A stretch of DNA of 60,294 nt. It comes from a virus. Lineage: Duplodnaviria; Caudoviricetes. A model generated the notes under the pieces. It saw nothing but the letters and a program-made list of their open reading frames with translations, had not been told where the DNA came from and ran no database searches. A program made the translations under genes and the position numbers. The stretch is from the IMG/VR virus record IMGVR_UViG_3300030328_000938, positions 1 through 60,294 of that record, one strand, 5' to 3'. This document shows, piece after piece, positions 58,781-60,294 of the stretch. The stretch's first letter is position 1; every line of letters starts with the position of its first letter.

Positions 58781-58852
58781 TATGGGGAGATACCTGCTGA
58801 TGCGAGTTTGCTTTGTGGAAGGATATGTATGGAGGATAAGCACCTCCCCATA
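58781..58852 (-). ncRNA. Candidate small structured RNA with anti-SD-like loop
   Basis: TATGGGGAG/CTCCCCATA closing stem; minus-strand loop AUCCUCCAUACAUAUCCUUCCAC. Confidence 0.6.
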
Positions 58853-58864
58853 CCCTAATTTAGT

Positions 58865-58895
58865 AAAAGGAGAAGTATATTTCAACTCCTCCTTT
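58865..58895 (-). terminator. Intrinsic terminator-like hairpin after the SSB gene
   Basis: GGAGGAGT/ACTTCTCC stem followed by TTTT. Confidence 0.55.
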
Positions 58896-58913
58896 CACTT
58901 TATCAATCAACTC

Positions 58914-59486
58914 CTAGAATGGCACATCATCAGATGATAATTCATCTGCAGATAATCTAGTTCCATCATTCCACGGGAATACCGAAGTTACTTTCATTGC
59001 TGTCCGTTCTTCGCCCTCCTTATTCTTGAATGATTGTTGCTTGATGTCAATTAGACAAGGCAATCCGATAACATCTGACTCTTCAACTTCAGCTAATGAT
59101 ACCTTACCATCTTTAGAAGGAAATTCAACTCCTAGAGCCTCGAAGAACTCTTTATAGCGTCTATTTTTCCAACTCTCACCTGCTTTAGGTTTAGGAGTTA
59201 GCCAAACACCATTGTTCTTGAATTTCTTTCCAACCATATACTCACCTGATATAGTTACTGAGCCATTGTCATCTTGTTGTTGGACAAAGCCACCATTACC
59301 ATCAGAAGACATCTTTGGAATCTTTAAATTCTTAGCTTCTTCTGCTATAGTAAAGGTTAGATTGAAGATTTTACTATCATTCCAATCATTTACTGCGAAC
59401 TCATTGCAATGTGCAGGGTAAGTTCCTTCAGCGATTGGTGTAAATCCATCAACTGCTTCATCGAATGTTGCATCAACTTGTTTCAT
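58914..59486 (-). CDS. Putative single-stranded DNA-binding protein (DUF669-like)
   Basis: FTPIAEGTY start; acidic tail ending DDVPF; near Sak. Confidence 0.75.
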   Translation of the reverse strand: MKQVDATFDEAVDGFTPIAEGTYPAHCNEFAVNDWNDSKIFNLTFTIAEEAKNLKIPKMSSDGNGGFVQQQDDNGSVTISGEYMVGKKFKNNGVWLTPKPKAGESWKNRRYKEFFEALGVEFPSKDGKVSLAEVEESDVIGLPCLIDIKQQSFKNKEGEERTAMKVTSVFPWNDGTRLSADELSSDDVPF

Positions 59487-59496
59487 ACTGGTTCTC

Positions 59497-59772
59497 CTAT
59501 TTTGTTGTCTGTTTTGTTACTGTGTGCTTTCTTATCACTTCATTTACTGCTTGTCTCAAAGTATTCATATCGTCTGAGTAAGACTTTCCATTTAAACCTT
59601 GAAAGTATAACTGAGGTGATACCCAAGTTCCTTCCTTAGTCTTAATGAATCTCTTTTCTCCTCTTTTACGAGTACCTACAAGTCCATCTTCTTGCATTTT
59701 ATTAAATGCTTTCTTAGATAGAACACCTTGCTTTACAAGACCTTCAGCTTCTGTTAGTGTAATTTTACCCAT
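59497..59772 (-). CDS. Hypothetical protein
   Basis: GGAGG RBS. Confidence 0.6.
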   Translation of the reverse strand: MGKITLTEAEGLVKQGVLSKKAFNKMQEDGLVGTRKRGEKRFIKTKEGTWVSPQLYFQGLNGKSYSDDMNTLRQAVNEVIRKHTVTKQTTK

Positions 59773-60039
59773 TTATTCCTCCGTAGATTGTATGTCACCT
59801 TCCAAATAAAGAACTTCAGGGTTCTCTAGTGTGAATGAATGGTAACTAGGGTTTATTGTTAGTTGTTGTTTATTTTGTGTTGTGAAAACCATAATCTGTT
59901 TGCCATTATAGTTCTTAGTGCCTTTATACTTGACATTTTTGAACTGACAACCATCATTAGTTCCCACAGTATATTCCTGCCCTTCGGCTAGAACGCTTTG
60001 CTCATAACTTCCATCATTTGCTTTTGGTAGTGGCTTCAT
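59773..60039 (-). CDS. Hypothetical protein
   Basis: ORF with RBS. Confidence 0.6.
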   Translation of the reverse strand: MKPLPKANDGSYEQSVLAEGQEYTVGTNDGCQFKNVKYKGTKNYNGKQIMVFTTQNKQQLTINPSYHSFTLENPEVLYLEGDIQSTEE

Positions 60040-60294
60040 TTTCCTTCTCCTTAACTAATCGTTCAAGTTTAGCTTTGCTCGCAGCGTAATTGCTGCGGTT
60101 AATCTGACCACTATCAATCATATCAGCGATACTCTTCACCTTACTATCATCACCTGTAGCATCAGCAAGATGTAACATCTCTTTGATTTCAGCATTAGTT
60201 ATTGGGTCATCCACTGGTAAATCCTCACCTGCATAGATATATATACCTAAGCCATGTAAACCTATAGCTTTAGTTAAACATCTTTGTATCGAAG
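60014..60294 (-). CDS. Sak/Rad52-like protein, C-terminal part, enters from the right edge
   Basis: Hand translation SIQRCLTKAIGLHGLGIYIYAGEDLPVDDPIT...; the GLGxYIYAGEDLP motif marks Sak/DUF1071. Confidence 0.85.
   Translation of the reverse strand, partial: SIQRCLTKAIGLHGLGIYIYAGEDLPVDDPITNAEIKEMLHLADATGDDSKVKSIADMIDSGQINRSNYAASKAKLERLVKEKENEATTKSK

Noticed and set aside
1-60294. Stop-codon reassignment or tRNA genes, as in some crAss-like phages
   Set aside because: Standard-code ORFs tile the genome densely with coupled starts and stops; no cloverleaf with a T-loop was spotted by eye (tRNAscan not run).

Overview
The window is an essentially complete ~60 kb circular genome of an uncultured podovirus-like tailed phage; the Sak/Rad52-like gene is split across the two ends. 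It has two divergent arms. The + strand late arm (5585-53345) carries TerS/TerL, a metallophosphoesterase, GH108 lysozyme, portal, scaffold, capsid, many fibre and tail proteins, membrane proteins and internal virion proteins. One of these is a 3009-aa protein with two-barrel RNA polymerase motifs (RxP...DHDLD). The - strand early arm (5411 to 1, then 60294 to 53431) carries Sak, SSB, a Cas4-like nuclease, DnaB, a Dam-family methylase and RuvC. I recognised no DNA polymerase, primase or integrase. The most notable unexplained signals are: (1) a set of structured intergenic RNA-like elements on the early strand, including a ~434-nt multi-helix RNA, each closed by a terminal helix followed by an ACUUU-like motif, several with anti-Shine-Dalgarno loops; (2) a 1085-aa virion protein whose ~25 Pro-rich repeats match ~25 18-aa helical repeats, suggesting a fold-back stalk; (3) a minimal nucleotidyltransferase sitting between two halves of a tail gene; (4) the candidate virion RNA polymerase. 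All calls come from reading motifs by eye; no searches or folding programs were run.
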